DNA of 64,000 nucleotides from Lama glama (GCA_028534125.1 CM052816.1:53012001-53076000), one strand, 5' to 3'; counted from the stretch's first letter, positions 38,501 through 52,564 are shown. The notes: generated by a model not told the origin, from the sequence alone. Program-made: numbers and translations.

Positions 38501-41500
38501 AAATACTGCTGCATTAGTCATTACCTTAACAATATGCCCTGTCTGATCTTTAAAACTTAGAAGGGCTATCTTGTATCAGTGCCCATTTTATTATGGGAGC
38601 AGTTTATCAAATACATCCTGAGCCTGATATAATTCTAGAAAGATTAATTTTCTGGGAGGAAATGTGAATAATATAATAGTTTTGTGATCGTTTTGTCAGT
38701 CTCTAAAAATAAAACACGTTCTTACCATCATATACCTCTCAAAAGGTGAACTTAGGTTCTTCTGGCTGTGCTGCTTGTAATATTCTTTTAGGTAAATCAC
38801 TTCATCCCTCTAAGCTGGTTTCCTCATCTATTAAGTAAAAGCAGGGGGTGGGGGGCAGTGAGTAATGATTTATAAGGCCCTTTCTCTTGATCATGTTAAA
38901 GTGATCTTGCCTTTAGTCCAAGAAATGAGTAAGATGTCCTCTTGCGGTCTTTTGTGGCTGGGCATGAGATTTAGCACCGAGTTTATAATCATTAAAAACA
39001 CTGATATGTTACTCTGCTACATAAAAAATTAAATAAGTCATATTCACCATCTCTGTCTTTAAATAGTAGAACATTAGGCAGAAGAAGTTGTGCCCTATGC
39101 TTTTCCATGATATGTACACATAATTAAAATTATTTAAATTCCTTCCAGATGGCACTGTGGATTCAAAATATGTGATCCATCAGTTATTACTGTTGAACGA
39201 TAAACTCATTTAAAGTTAGAGCACTAGCATAGGAGACCGCATAGCATTGTAATGTCCTGGAATGGATTACTATAATGGGATGAACTTTTGAACAATAATA
39301 CCACCTAATAACTAGACTTACAGATTGAAACCCATAATGACAATTAAGTCTTCTATACTTGGGAATGAATTTTAGCAGCATTAAATCATAAACAGCAAAT
39401 TGAAACCTGCTTTATGTACTGGTTCACTTTGAAACATGGTATTAACCAGTGGAAAATGGTGAGATCTGAGAGGCTGTCCTTGGGGAAAGGAAGATGTAAG
39501 AATTTAATTAGTAATTTATTGCTATACCTGGAAATAATAGTGTAGTCATTTACACTTCAAATAGTGTTGTTGGATATCTCGTCTGTGGGTCATGCCTCAC
39601 AGTTTAACACAAGCTCCAGACTAATTTATAGAAAGCATTGTGCCCCAAAAGGCCGGGGAGGAATACTCCTTGCTTTTAATTCACTAAATTTCAGTGATGC
39701 CAACTGAGAGAAAGATCATGTTTGTTCTTCTTCTTTATTTTCTTCCTCAAGAGATCATCTTTTAATAGTTTATTTCAGTTCAGAACTCTAAAGGCTAGGC
39801 TATGTGTACTATCCTTAGTGCTTCTGAAGATTAGATGGTATGGTGTATATAGAAATCTATTTATTAAAGGGGTTTGTATTTAAACCTATATTTTTATACT
39901 GTTAATTTTTTTTACAGTTTTATCTCCACTCATTTTATTTTACAATTGTCTCATGAGAAGTAGAATTTACCCATTTTCAAAGAAAAAAAGAACCTGAGAT
40001 ATAAGGAGGCTAGGGAGTTTTTCTAAAATCTGTAGATCTCAGAATTAGAATTTGACTCTAATCTTCTGCTTCTCTGCCTCAGTCTTTGCCAGATTTATCC
40101 TGAAGAAATTTTAAGCCCATATGGAGACCAAACTTGAAAAAGATGATAATTAACAAAATTCATTCGTTGTTTGGCACAATAGGTCACAAGTCACCAATAA
40201 GTAGTAGGTCTGTAGGCATTTAATTCACTTCACTTCTTATGTATTTAGGCTAAGTCAACATGGTCATGTTGATTTATAGTTATTTACACTGACAAATATG
40301 TTAATAGGGTTTATTGTGTATACTTGTATCTGTGTATAGTCATAGTATTCTTGATTATATACTGCCGGAAAGGAAAATCATTAGGAAATCTTAGATTTGG
40401 GTAACATATATGAGTATAGGGCACAATAAATTTACATATAATGTGTTTTTTGTGCTCTTTAGTCTATTAATCTAGTAATATAGTTAAGAGTACAATCTGA
40501 GCGTTTACCAAGTAGCTGGTTAACTGTTTCAATACTGCTTAGAGCTACCCTTTATGTTTCCAAAACCATCATGGCATGAGCAAACGTTTGGAACCCTTGT
40601 AAGGATGTGGCAACTTACCAGCATCTCATTCCTTGGGAGCAGCAAGTTAAAACTTGCACATAGTTTATGCATAATATGGTCGTAGTCCCTGAATAGTTCA
40701 AAAGTAAATTCTAGATTTTATTTGAAAGTAAAGAGGTTAAAATTAGCTCTGCTATGAACCAGTGATTCTAAAAACATGTCCAGAGGTTGGGGGCACCTGG
40801 AAAGCACAATTACGGTTATGGAGTGCTTTTTTATGTATGTATATATACGTGGGTAATCACATGGATTAGAAAGCATTTAGCTAACGTGTTATATGTGTAA
40901 AAATTACCATGAGCCACATTCAAAAGTATGGTCAAACTAAGCATAACCAGCTGTTTCTGGAAGTTATCCATGTATAGGTCCTCTTTTCATATTCATTCGT
41001 TCAAAATCATTAATTGAGCGTGTCTGTGTGCCAGGACAGAGTGACTAAGACTGCCCTTAAGGAGCTTTGTGAGGCAGTAGGACATATATTTGGTGGTGAT
41101 CCATGATTATGCAGAGGTGGTGATTCATAGAGAGCCCTGGAAGCCCCAGAGAGCCCAGCTATCTTCCTGTATACCTCAGCTCTCTGATCTCATGCTTCCC
41201 TTTACACTCTTGATGTATTTGAGTGCCAGGTACTGTGGATACATCGGTGCACGAGGAACACAGCTCTGTTCTCATGGTGTTTAGACTTAAGTGTGGGGAG
41301 TAAGAAAAATAAATAACTGCATAATTACTGCTGTGAAAAGTGTCGTGGAAGAAGAGGTCACAGGGAGTGGGAGAGGGCAGGTAGTGTTATGTCTGAGTCA
41401 GAAGTGAACGCCCCCCTGAGGAGTCACACGTCAGTCAACCTACCAGAGAACAGAAGCCACCTAGAAGAGTGGAGGAGGAGCATTCCAGGCAGAGGGAGGG

Positions 41501-42454
41501 GCACCTGAAGCCCTTATGTGTTTAGTGCCATCAGCCCAGGTCACAGTAGTGGCGGTGGAAAGAATCTGTAGAGAAAAACTGGGATGGAAGAAATGAGAGA
41601 ATTTTTTCACTCGGTAGCATTGAGAGGAACGGAATAGGAAAAGATAAAAATGTCTCTACTCCATGAGCTTGTAAGCCTTTGGAGAACAATAGCCATGCTT
41701 ATTATTTATTCTTGAATTCATCTTGTCTGGTAGAATGCAGTGAACATTTGTTAACTCAGATGACTGGTCACTTGTTTGCTATATATTACAATTTTTTTCT
41801 ACACTTAGGGTGAGAAATGCCTTTGAGGATGAGAAAAATGTCATATACATCTAATCCCCTAAATATTAAGTGCAGTACTGCTGATTTATCACTGATTGCT
41901 TGAATTAAGTTCAGAAATTACACAAACTGATAGCCTTTTTAGTTATCCAGTAACCATGAAAATGTTAGCATCACATGACTAAATAAATTAGAAATGTAAA
42001 TCTTAATGCATCGATAGAAAACAAACACTTCTTTGTCTTTCTTCTCCTGTAGAACCCAAGAGGTAAAATATATAAATTCCCACATTTTATAGAATTTGTC
42101 ATATGGTTCTCAATTGCTAAAAATTTTAAGGAAGAGATACTTCTGACTGTATTATAATAAATCATTATATATTATTTAGCATTGTTAAGATCATCTATGA
42201 ATATAGTGTTAAGTGGTATCAGTAAAAGGAATCTAAAATAAGTTTGTCTTCTTTCTTGAATTTCTCTGTTCACTTTTACAAAAATGCATCTGAAAAGTAG
42301 TTAAGTATACTCTCAAAGATTAACATTTCTAAGTTGCCTGAAGTTAGTTGCCACAGGTCATGTCATTTTAATGTAATTCTTGAAAAAACTCAGCATGGAA
42401 GCTAGCTTTCTAGATCTGTATTTACATAGAGTTTCTCCGAAGTCTTTATTTTTT

Positions 42455-43232
42455 CCTAGCTTTATTAAGGTATAATTGACATATAACATTGTGTAAGTTT
42501 AAGGTATACAGTGTGTTGATTTGGTATATTTATATATTGCAAAATAATTTCGTCAGGCAACACCTGTGTCAGGTCACATAATTACCAATTCTTTTTTGGG
42601 ATAAGAACATTTAAGGTGTACTCTTAGCAACTTTCTTTTTCTTTTTCTTTATATATATATATATTTTTAAATTGAAGTATAGTCAGTTTACAATGTTGTG
42701 TTAATTTCTGTTGTGTAGCATAATGCTTCAGTCATATATGAACATGTATTTATTTTCATATTCTTTTTCACCATAAGTTACAAGATATTGAATGTAGTTC
42801 CCTGTACATAAGTTTCAAGTATATAATACAGTATTCTTAACCATAATCAGTATGCTGTACATTAGATCCCCAGAAATTTTTCATCTAATAGCTGGAAGTT
42901 TATACTCTTTGACCAGTATCTGGATCCTTTTTCCCCCACCACCTCTTCCCTGGTAACTGCCATTGTAGTCTGTTTGTATGCATTTGGCTTTTTTTAGATT
43001 CTGCATGTAAAAGACAGTATACAGTATTTGTCCTTCTCTGACTTATTTCACTTAGCATAATGCCCTCAGGGTCCATCTATGTGGTCACAAATGGCAGGAT
43101 GTACTTCTTTCTCATGGCTGAATAATATTCCATTGTGTATATATACCAGATATTTGTCTGTTTTCCGTTGATGGACACTCGGATTGTCTCCATATCTTGG
43201 CTATTGTGAATAATGCTGCAGTGAACATGGGA
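42455..43232 (-). mobile_element. L1MA-like 3' end with a younger L1 3' end nested at about 42635-42808
   Basis: The outer element is split at gcaactttc...aagtttcaagtatataatacag. The inner piece is near-identical in style to 3340-3485. Confidence 0.8.
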
Positions 43233-44161
43233 TCATAAGTCCTTAATTTGTTTTTTATAAATCAGTAAGTCATAGAGATGTAACATAACTAGTTAAAAGG
43301 CAAAAAAATGAGTCATTACAATTGCCTAAGATATTTACGTAAGGAGTCACTAATACGGGTAAACACAATGTATATGATGAAAGCTCCTCCGAAGCTTGGG
43401 ATATGTAGTTATTTGGAGTGTTTTCTGAAAGCTGTTAATAAACCAAGTAAACCTCAAAGCATATTTTAGTGCTAAGAGCCTAGTTTTAGTTTCTGCGTTC
43501 ATTTGTAGAAAACAGCACAGCAAATAGTAACAGTGGTTCCTTGAAGTAATTACGCAGGTAATCACATGTACACATTGTATCAAATTGTTACCTTTACATG
43601 TAAATTTAAGTAAAACGTCCATCTCTATAATGCCAAGTCTTTTGATTTTGAGTTATTTAGTGACATGGATGTCTGTTGTTTTCATATCCTCAAAGAGAAA
43701 TAAAGAGATCCTACTTTATTAGTCAGTCCATACTTGTAACCATTCTCCACTTCAAAACATGTTTCAAAATATGTTTTGCAAATTTTACTGTGATGTTGAA
43801 GGCCTTTGGAACAACATCTTAAATCTGTTTAATCCATTCTTTACCAGACTCTCTAAGGATCTGAACCCAACTTTCACATTTTCATTTCACTTCTGACTTG
43901 TATAAGCTCATCATTATTGATTTTTATTAATCTACATTCTAAGCTAGTTGAAAAGTAGTCCCCTTCATGGCGTTCTCAACACCCTTATATGACGGCATCT
44001 AGCCTATTGTAGATAACAGAGCACCGGAATAGCCCATGTGGGAAAAGACATGGTTTAGTTGGAAAAACCTTGAGGCAGGAATCTTGATTCAAGTTTTAGC
44101 TCTGTTGCTGTTATATAGAATGTGGAAAGTCCCCATCCATTACAGCATTTGGATTTAATAG

Positions 44162-44256
44162 TCTGGATTAATTCAGTTGCTTAAGCTTGGCATAAATGAA
44201 GCCCATGTCACTGTCTTGATATCATATGTGATAGCTTTACACAAACAAAAACTCTT
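44162..44256 (+). mobile_element. Highly decayed tRNA-Ile-like head (MamSINE1-like)
   Basis: ctggattaattcagttgcttaagcttggcataaatgaagcccatgtcac aligns by eye to tRNA-Ile ccggttagctcagttggttagagcgtggtgctaataacgccaaggtc. Confidence 0.4.
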
Positions 44257-46594
44257 TTAAAGTCACAGATTACAAAAGAAGTGTTAAGCAAGGGAAATTC
44301 AAGTTAATGGAATGGACATGTTCAAATCTGCCACTGTTACTAGAAAAACACACAAAGCAAATATCCCGCTGACAGTGATTTTAGTTTTATCATCTTTCTA
44401 TTGCTTAAGTGATGACTGTTGCTGAACTAATCTGGAGATGGAGCACAGCCAGTCTTCATCAGCTTGGCCAGTAAAGTTGGTCCTTGGAGTTACTGTGGCT
44501 TCTATCCAGGCTGACTAGGCAGGCTTTAGAGGAAAAACAAAAAAAAAACCCTCTTGGTAATAGCCAATCAATCAGTAGTAGACTAAACTGTTATTAATTC
44601 TGAACTATATTCACTTATCAGAAGTTCCCCCTTTTAAAAGTTCATTTGCATAATACTTTTGATCAGGCCCTTACTTTTGCATAATATTTACATTGCTCAC
44701 ATATACATTAAATAAATGAAGTTACTAATGATGATCTGCCTCAACTAAAAGACAATAATAGTTGCAAGTAAAATTTTGTTCATAGTATAACTCAAACTTT
44801 TAAGTAATTTGAAGTTATAGCTTTAGACTCTGGCCTTATCGTTAAAAACAAATTTAAACTGAAATGCAAAACTTCTCTGATTCTGAGTACCAAATAATGG
44901 TCAATTGAATTATTGATTATAATTGGTTTCTAAAAAAATGAAAAGTTTTCATGACAAAAAAATTGGAAAACAGATTTTACTATAAAATTAGCCATATATT
45001 TCCACTCAGTTTTAGCTTTGGCAAAATCTCTATTAATAGCATTTTTTTCTTTTTGCCAGTACTGAGAGTGACTTCTATTTTATTTATAATATTTTCCCCC
45101 AACAATACTAATATTGTGCTAAACAATTTTTAGGATGGCTTTTTCCTTAAATGACCTACTTTGCAAGGAAACAGAGGCATCTTAGCCTCTAAAACTAAAT
45201 CAAATTATGACTAGATAGATAAAAATATTCGTTTCTGTCTTGAATAAAGTATAATGATTATAATGCTATTAACCTGCAAATGACAGGCTTAAAATTAATT
45301 GATCTCTTTGTAAAAGATAGATGTATATTCATGAGGTACATAATTCTTAAGATAAGAGAAACATAATTCTTTACTTATTATGTAAGGCTATTTCCCTGAA
45401 GACATCTCCCCAGTAGGATGATCTAACATCATACTCTAAATGAATTTCCAAAGAAAGTTTTTAGTTACTGATCAGTTTTTATAAGAAGGAAACCAACACA
45501 AATACTGACTTGTATGAAGACAGTAAATGCATAATTCACAGTAGCACCTTGAGTGAGTTCTTTTCTCATTTATGAACTAGCAATAGGCCCATTAAGTAGC
45601 TCTTTATTCCCTTCCCTTACATCCAGCACCCAACCCCGTAAATTCACTGATGGCAGGGAAAGTATGTTTTTTACTAAAATATTTGAAACACCTGAAAAGG
45701 AGTTTGAGCCTTTCACTTCAGGCAAGAAGTTGTTATCCACACCTTTTACTTTAAATAGGCTGCTTTAAATTTTCAAAGGGAATCTCTTTACAGGTTTTAG
45801 AGGTAGGGAGTTGCAGCGAGAGTGACAAGTGAAAATGAAGTTGGGACCTCCTTGACCCCTTCACCTTGTATCTCCTTTCCTTGACCACAACTACCTTAAG
45901 GCGTGTGGCAGAGACCACAGAAGGTGCTGTGCCAGGCAGGCAGTGCGCAGATGTTAGAGTTCAAAACCATCTCCAAAGCCACGAGTGCTACTCCAGCACA
46001 TAGGTACACTTCTCTTACTGCTAGGAGCACAGTTATGGGAACTAGGGGATTTCTGAGGGGCCTCTTTTTAGTGGGTTTATGTCTCCCTCAATTTTAGTGA
46101 ATAAAAATGGGGGTAGGGGTAGAATTTTGTGTCCTCTAAAGTCAAATGGGAAACTGCACCAAAGTGCAGTATATTTTTATAAATGTAACATAGTTCAGAT
46201 TCAGATTTCATCTTCTCTGCTCACTGCTCACAATCAGAAATCAACATTACCACTTTATGAGAATCCTTTTGGTTAACTTATTTTCTCACTTCTTCATTAA
46301 CTTGATAAACTTATTCGGAGGTCTGTACCCACCAGAGGTTAAACTTATACATATTGGAGTGCGCACCTGATGTTGTTTCATTTAAATTATGTCTAAGTTA
46401 TTTACATCACTAATCAAAAATATCTCCCTTAAAATACTTAATGTTATGTATTTTTAACCTTATAGTTCACTGAAGATTCTTTGAAGGTTGTTGCTTGTGC
46501 ATATACAGAAGGTGCTAACATTTGAGTGTCTGTTACGTTCTTTTTTCAGAGATACTTTTATTTGAGCTGTTTGTTCCTTGGAGTCGATGAGAAG

Positions 46595-46725
46595 AGTTAG
46601 TATTAGTGCTGGTTTTACAGATAAGGAAACTGAGAGCCAATGAGCTAGACAAGCTGCCCAGGGTCATAAAATCAGCAAGTGGCTGGAGCCGTGAGTTGAA
46701 CCACGTGAACAGACTCCTAAGCCTT
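46595..46725 (-). mobile_element. MIR remnant
   Basis: ttttacagataaggaaactgag...gcccagggtcat. Confidence 0.75.
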
Positions 46726-47762
46726 TGCCTTTTTAAAGTGAGCTGTAATAGACGTGTAACGTTGTGTTAGTTTTTGGTGTACGTGAGCCTGTACTTTTAA
46801 TCGCTGTTTCACAGCTGGTTCTTGCTTCATGTGTTCTTTTAACAAAATTCTTTACAACTCAGATACTTCTATTTATAGATTCATACAGTTATGCATTACA
46901 TATTTTGAAATAATTTGTTTCAGATTAATTTTATAACTTCCTCAGAAAAGTCAATGGTATTTCAGTTTCTTTACCAGAACTAAGTGAAATTCTGTTTTAG
47001 AATCTAATTTCAGATGCCTTTGTTAAGACACACTATTACTTACATACTACCAAGAAAAAACATTGTCAATTAAACTGATGGTAACAGTGCTTTCAGATGT
47101 ATTTAGACATAGATGTTAATATATCTGTGTAACACTTTTGTATGCATGTAAAATAAAATAAACAGTTTAAGATATTCCTATAATATCATCAGATTCAGAG
47201 TAGACCTCTTCTGCTTCACTCATTGACTTTTTTGACTCTAATCTATGTCCAGTTTTTCAACCCAATATCATTTTTGGGGGCTACCAGTAACATTGGTGAT
47301 ACAGTGCTTCTTTAAAAACTAGTTCACTCTTGTCTCTGAGACTTTCTTCTGAGCCATTGTTTATTGAAAGCTTTAATACTTAAATTCCAATTCAGTTCTA
47401 AAAACTGTGTTTCCCAGAGTATGACCATGTGATTTCCAGTTCACTACAGGGCTTTCTTTAAACCTTTATCGGCAAATTTATCTTTATCTGTTTATCAGTA
47501 GCCATCGGTTTCTATATTGTATGTTAATCTGGACACACCAGGCTATGTGCAAAGATAATAGAGTGTGAGGCAGGGGAGGAATCTGAGCTGGAAAGTAAGA
47601 CTTGGGAGAATATCAAGGCAAACAGTGAAAGCAAATGGTCAGAGGAGGCAGCGTTTAGAAGCAGATGCCAACAAGAGGGTAAGGAACGGAGCAGTGGGAA
47701 CAGATGATAAGACGACCCCCAAGGATAAGGAAGTTAATGAGTTGCCAAAACTACAGTAAGCT

Positions 47763-47855
47763 TTTTTTTTTCTTTTTAGTGCAGGTACTGGAGATTGAAC
47801 CCAGGACCTTATGTATGCCAAGCATGCACTCTACCACTGAGCTATACCCACCCCC
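47763..47855 (-). mobile_element. Short tRNA-derived SINE (vic-1-like) with 12-bp imperfect TSD
   Basis: Reverse complement reads gggggtgggtatagctcagtggtagag...ctgggttcaatctccagtacc plus poly-A. TSD ctacagtaagct (47751) / ctgcaataagct (47856). Confidence 0.9.
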
Positions 47856-50367
47856 CTGCAATAAGCTCTGAGAGACACCTTGTTAATATAGCATTTAGGC
47901 AAACTGAGGCTTGCACCTACACCTAGCAGAAAAGTCCTTTCATATACTGGGCTCTTTAAATACTGTTTATAAACAACGCAGAATTACTCTGTTTTCATTT
48001 AAGAGGTATTTCTTTCCTTTGAAAGGATAACTTACACTGTATTAAGAAACACCTTTACACCCTAAACTGTTTCTTCAGAAAGCATTAATTTCTAAGTGGA
48101 ACTAGCTTAGGGCCAGTAGTCCACCATGAGCACCTACCCCAGAAGGCGGCTCGCAGACAGGTGAAAGTCCATGGTGACTGCTTCTGCGTTCACAGGTGTG
48201 GAGGGGGAGGGAAGCTGACGACAGGCAGATCCTGAGATAAGGCAGTATTATGGGGTGCTCAGTTCAGCTCTCTTTCATAGTTAGGGAGTAACCTTATTAC
48301 CAGTGCTGAAATTAATGTGGAGAAGTAAGCCTGTTGCAACCTATTCTTAAATCCTCTATTAAAAGCTTATCAGGATATTTCACACAGTTCTATGTATTAA
48401 CATGCTTAGGAAGTATATGCAAGGAGCTGCCACTCCAGAGACTCTGATGGTGGATCCTGAGGCCTGGAGGTGTGCAAGAGAGGTAGCTCTCTTCAATTCT
48501 GTTAGTGACCATTCACGTGTAGGATTCACTCCGCAGGATAAATAAGTGCATTGCTCATGCATGAGACTCTTATTTTGGTAGATAGTCTATTTGTTAGATA
48601 GTACTTTTGAAATACTTTTTCTTCTAGATTTTATATAACTTAATGAAGTTTACCAATCACTTACAGAAAGAACTTTGACTTTAAAGGAAAACAATAAAAT
48701 TCCAGTTTAAAGAATCTTTCCAATGATGTTTTTGCAGTGTTTTGAACTCTCTCATCTGACTTCTAGATCTGAAGCCAACAGGAAACCAGCTGGTCCTTTT
48801 AGAAGGGAAACGTTACCAAATAGTCACAAGAATAAAGAATTATTTTGCCCTATTCCAGCATTCAGACATGAGATCATAGTGGTATTTCAGTATCTCTTCT
48901 GACTCACTGGTGTCTCCAGCTAAACAATTTCTTTGTGAACAGTTTATATTTTTACTTACCGTGAAACTATCAACACTATACTTGTAAAAAAAAAAGGGGG
49001 GGAGGGGGTGCATATTAGCAGCCAGAGAACCCCCCTCCTTTTTTAAACAATGCTGACTTAAAATTTTGGTATCAGAACTAATCCCAAGGTATTAATTACT
49101 GCTAAAAATTAGTCTGTTGGGGAGGAATATGAAATCTTAGAGTTGTGGATTAAATCAAGGAACATTGTTTTTGCAAAATTGCAAAAGTGTGCCAAGTATT
49201 TTAAATTATATGTAAAGACTGAACAAATCTAAGATAACAGATAGCTCACATGTAGAACTTCGTTCAGGACACTCCAGAGTTCATTGTCAACTGAAATTGT
49301 GGAGGGTGTTCTGATGTACTAGATGGTGAAAGGAATATATGAAGAAACTGTAAAGAGAAGACAGAGCAGATTGACAAAAATCAAAAGCATTGTATTTCCT
49401 CCACTCTGTTTCACACGGTGCTCTAGAAAGACAGATTATTAAAGAAATAGCTCATAAAGCAGAAGCAGCAAGAATGTTCTGAAAGTTTCAGATTTACCAA
49501 CAGAGATGAAATTTTCGTTGGTAATTGTAAAATAACCTTGAAAACATGTATTTCTTTACCTTGGAAACAAATACTAAGAAAAATGCAGAAACAAAAACTT
49601 AGCGTTGAACTGCCTGCCTTTAGTACTCATTTCAGGACCATTAAATCTCAAATTGTTATTGTTTACTGTACTCTTATTCAGTATGCATAAAAGCATTTGA
49701 TATGACAGTCTTCTTCAATATTTATTTTCTTCTTTAAGTGCAATGAGCAGTACTTTGGAGCTCTGCAGAGGAAAGAAAAGAAAGGTTAATGGGAATCCAT
49801 TGAACAGCTTAACTGTGGCGAGACATCACTACTTAATATATTAGATGCTCAAGACACATTCTTGGATATGAAGTAAACAAGTTATAGTATACGAAGACTT
49901 TGTATGTTCATCTTTTTCTATCCCTTCCAGAGGCGTCGTTTCAAATTTTTCTTGCCCAAAGCAGTTTTAACTGCACCTTGTCTATGTCCTGTTCCTTTCC
50001 TTTTCATATCCTTGCCTCTATAATTCTACTTCTCCTATCTGCTTCTTATCACTATCTCCAGATGCCCTCACCTCCTTCCTTTTATTTTCACCTCTTTTAT
50101 TATGTGTCACAGCTATTCTGTTTCCTGCCCACCCAGTCTCTTCTCTGCCAACAAATACAGACATGAATGGAGCAGCTTAGAGATCATTCTACCCCTTTTA
50201 AGAAGACCTGAGTTTTCAGCTCTTTATTATTTGTAGTCCTACAGTCACAGGAAGAGTTATCTGGGAGTTCTTAGAAAGAATTTTTTTTTTCTTTTAGTTG
50301 TGTGATAATTTTTTTTTTAATTTCACATATTGCTGGTTTTATTTTGTGTGTGTGTGTGTGATAATAT

Positions 50368-51960
50368 TTTTTAATTGAAGTACAATTTATGTATAGTAAA
50401 ATTCACCTTTTCTACTATAGTTTTATGATTTTTGACAGATTTGTACGATTATGTACACATCAACACAATCCAGGTAAAGAAGGATTCAGTCACCCCCCAA
50501 AATTCTCTCCTGCTCTTCTGTAGTTAGCCTCTCTCCCTACCCCCAGCTACAAGCAACCAGTAATCTGTTTTCTGTCCCTATAGCTTTTCCCTAATGTCAT
50601 ATAAATGAAATCATATAGTAGTAGATAGGCTTTTCTCCCTTCTTTAAAAAAATTGTGGTAAAATATGTATAACATAATATTTATCATCTTAACCATTTTT
50701 AATGGTTCAGTAATGTTAAGTATATTCACATTGTTGTGGAACTAATCTGTAGAATTTTTTTTCTCTTCCAAAACTGAAACTCTGCCCATTAAACAACAAG
50801 TCTCCATTTCTCTCTCTGCCCCCACCCCTCCAACACCTGGCAGCTACCCTTCTACTTTCTCTCTCCATGAATTTGACTACTCTAGGTAACTTACATAGGT
50901 GGAATCACATAGTATTTGTCTTTTTGTGACTAATTTATTTCACTTAGCATCATGCCCCCAAGGTTCTGCCGTGTTATAGTACGTGTAAGAATTTTCTTCC
51001 ATTTGAAATCTCAGTAATATTCCATTATATGTGCAATGTAGGCACCATGTACTGTTTATCCATCTATCAGTGGACACTTGGGTTGCTTCTACCTTTTGAT
51101 TATTGTGGCTAATACTGCTATGAACATTGTTGTACAGCTATCTTAGATGTATACCAAGGAGTGGAATTACTTGATCATATGATTATTCTAGTCTTAATTT
51201 TTTGAGGCACTGCCATACTGTTTCCCATAGCAGCTCCACCATTCCCAGCAGTGCACAGGAGTTCTAAGTTTCTCCTTATCCTCACCAATACGTGCTGTTT
51301 TCTGGTTTTTTGATAGTAGTCATGCCAGTGGTTATGAAGTAGTACCTCATTGTGAATTTGATTTGCATTTCCCTAATGATCAGTGATGTTTAACCTCGTT
51401 TCAGGTACAGGTGCTTACTGGCCGTTTGTATATTTTCTTTGGAGAATCTTTTCAAGTCCTTTGCCCATGTCTTAATCAGTTGCTTGTTTTTTGTTGTTGA
51501 GTTGTAGGAGTTTTTCATATGTTCTGAATAACCCCTTCTCAGGTATATAATTTGCAAATGTATTTTCCCATTCATGGGTTGTTATTTCACTCTGTTGATT
51601 GTATCCTTTGATGCACAGACGTTTTTAATTTTGCTGTGGTGCAAATTTATTTTTCCTTTTATTGCCTGTGCTTTTCGTGTTATATCCAAGAAATCATTGC
51701 AAGTCCAATGTCGTGAAGCTTTTCCCTGTGTTTTCTTTTTAAGAGTTTTATTGTTTTAGCTCTCATGTTTAGGTCTTTGATCTATTTTTAGCTAATTTTT
51801 ATTTATGAACAAAACTTTACTCTTTTGTGTGTGGATAGCCAGTTTTCCTAGCACCATTTGTTGAAAAGATTTTCTTTTCCCCATTGAATGGATATGGTAA
51901 CCATATATGTGAAAATGATTTGACCACATAATTGAGGGCTTATTTCTGAACTCCGTTCTT
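50368..51960 (-). mobile_element. Two adjacent or nested old L1 3' fragments
   Basis: Two L1 3' ends (about 50370 and about 50650), followed by ORF2-derived antisense sequence up to about 51960. Confidence 0.85.
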
Positions 51961-52564
51961 TTTATATTATGCCCATCTTTTTGGGGGCATAATAATTAAT
52001 CTTATTATCCAGCTTTATGCCAATATCAGACAAATGATTGAAATAATTATGCGGTAGGCTGAGTTCTCAAATTTTTAATGGACTTTGCAACCTGTAGACT
52101 ACAAAATAAAACCTACAGAAATAAAATACAAAATGCCCTCATTTTTGTTCCCTTTTGTTTTATACAAATATGGGTAATCTTACTTTATAATTGTGAAACT
52201 TTCAACAAATGGATTTTTTTTAATATTCAAATTCATTTCTTCTCTTTAATTTTTAAGGGGTTTGATATTTGCATATATCAAGTGTTTACATTAGTTCAGT
52301 AAGATTTTCATTGTCGAATTGAAGAGTCCATTTAAATAAAATTCATCCCTGTAGAGGAAAAGTTGGTTGGTGTTTTTTTAAAGAAATCTGTAATTCAGTT
52401 AGAGCAAGTGAGTTGGTACATTCTTTACTCAGAAAATCTGAATCTGGAAAGTCATTCCACAGAACAGGAAATAGAGAGCTTTCTTTTTAAGCTTAACTTA
52501 CTGTTTGATTCTGTCCATTTCAGATTTGATAAAATTTTCTCAGTAAACTTTAGAAGAATTTTTA

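Noticed and set aside
9850..48910. Scattered AP-1 and CRE half-site motifs
   Set aside because: Numbers are compatible with chance in 64 kb, with no clustering apart from the LTR noted.
49739..49784. Possible 46-nt cassette exon (ttcttctttaag|TGCAATG...AAG|gttaat)
   Set aside because: Weak donor and frameshifting length; such pseudo-exons are common in long introns and there is no independent support.
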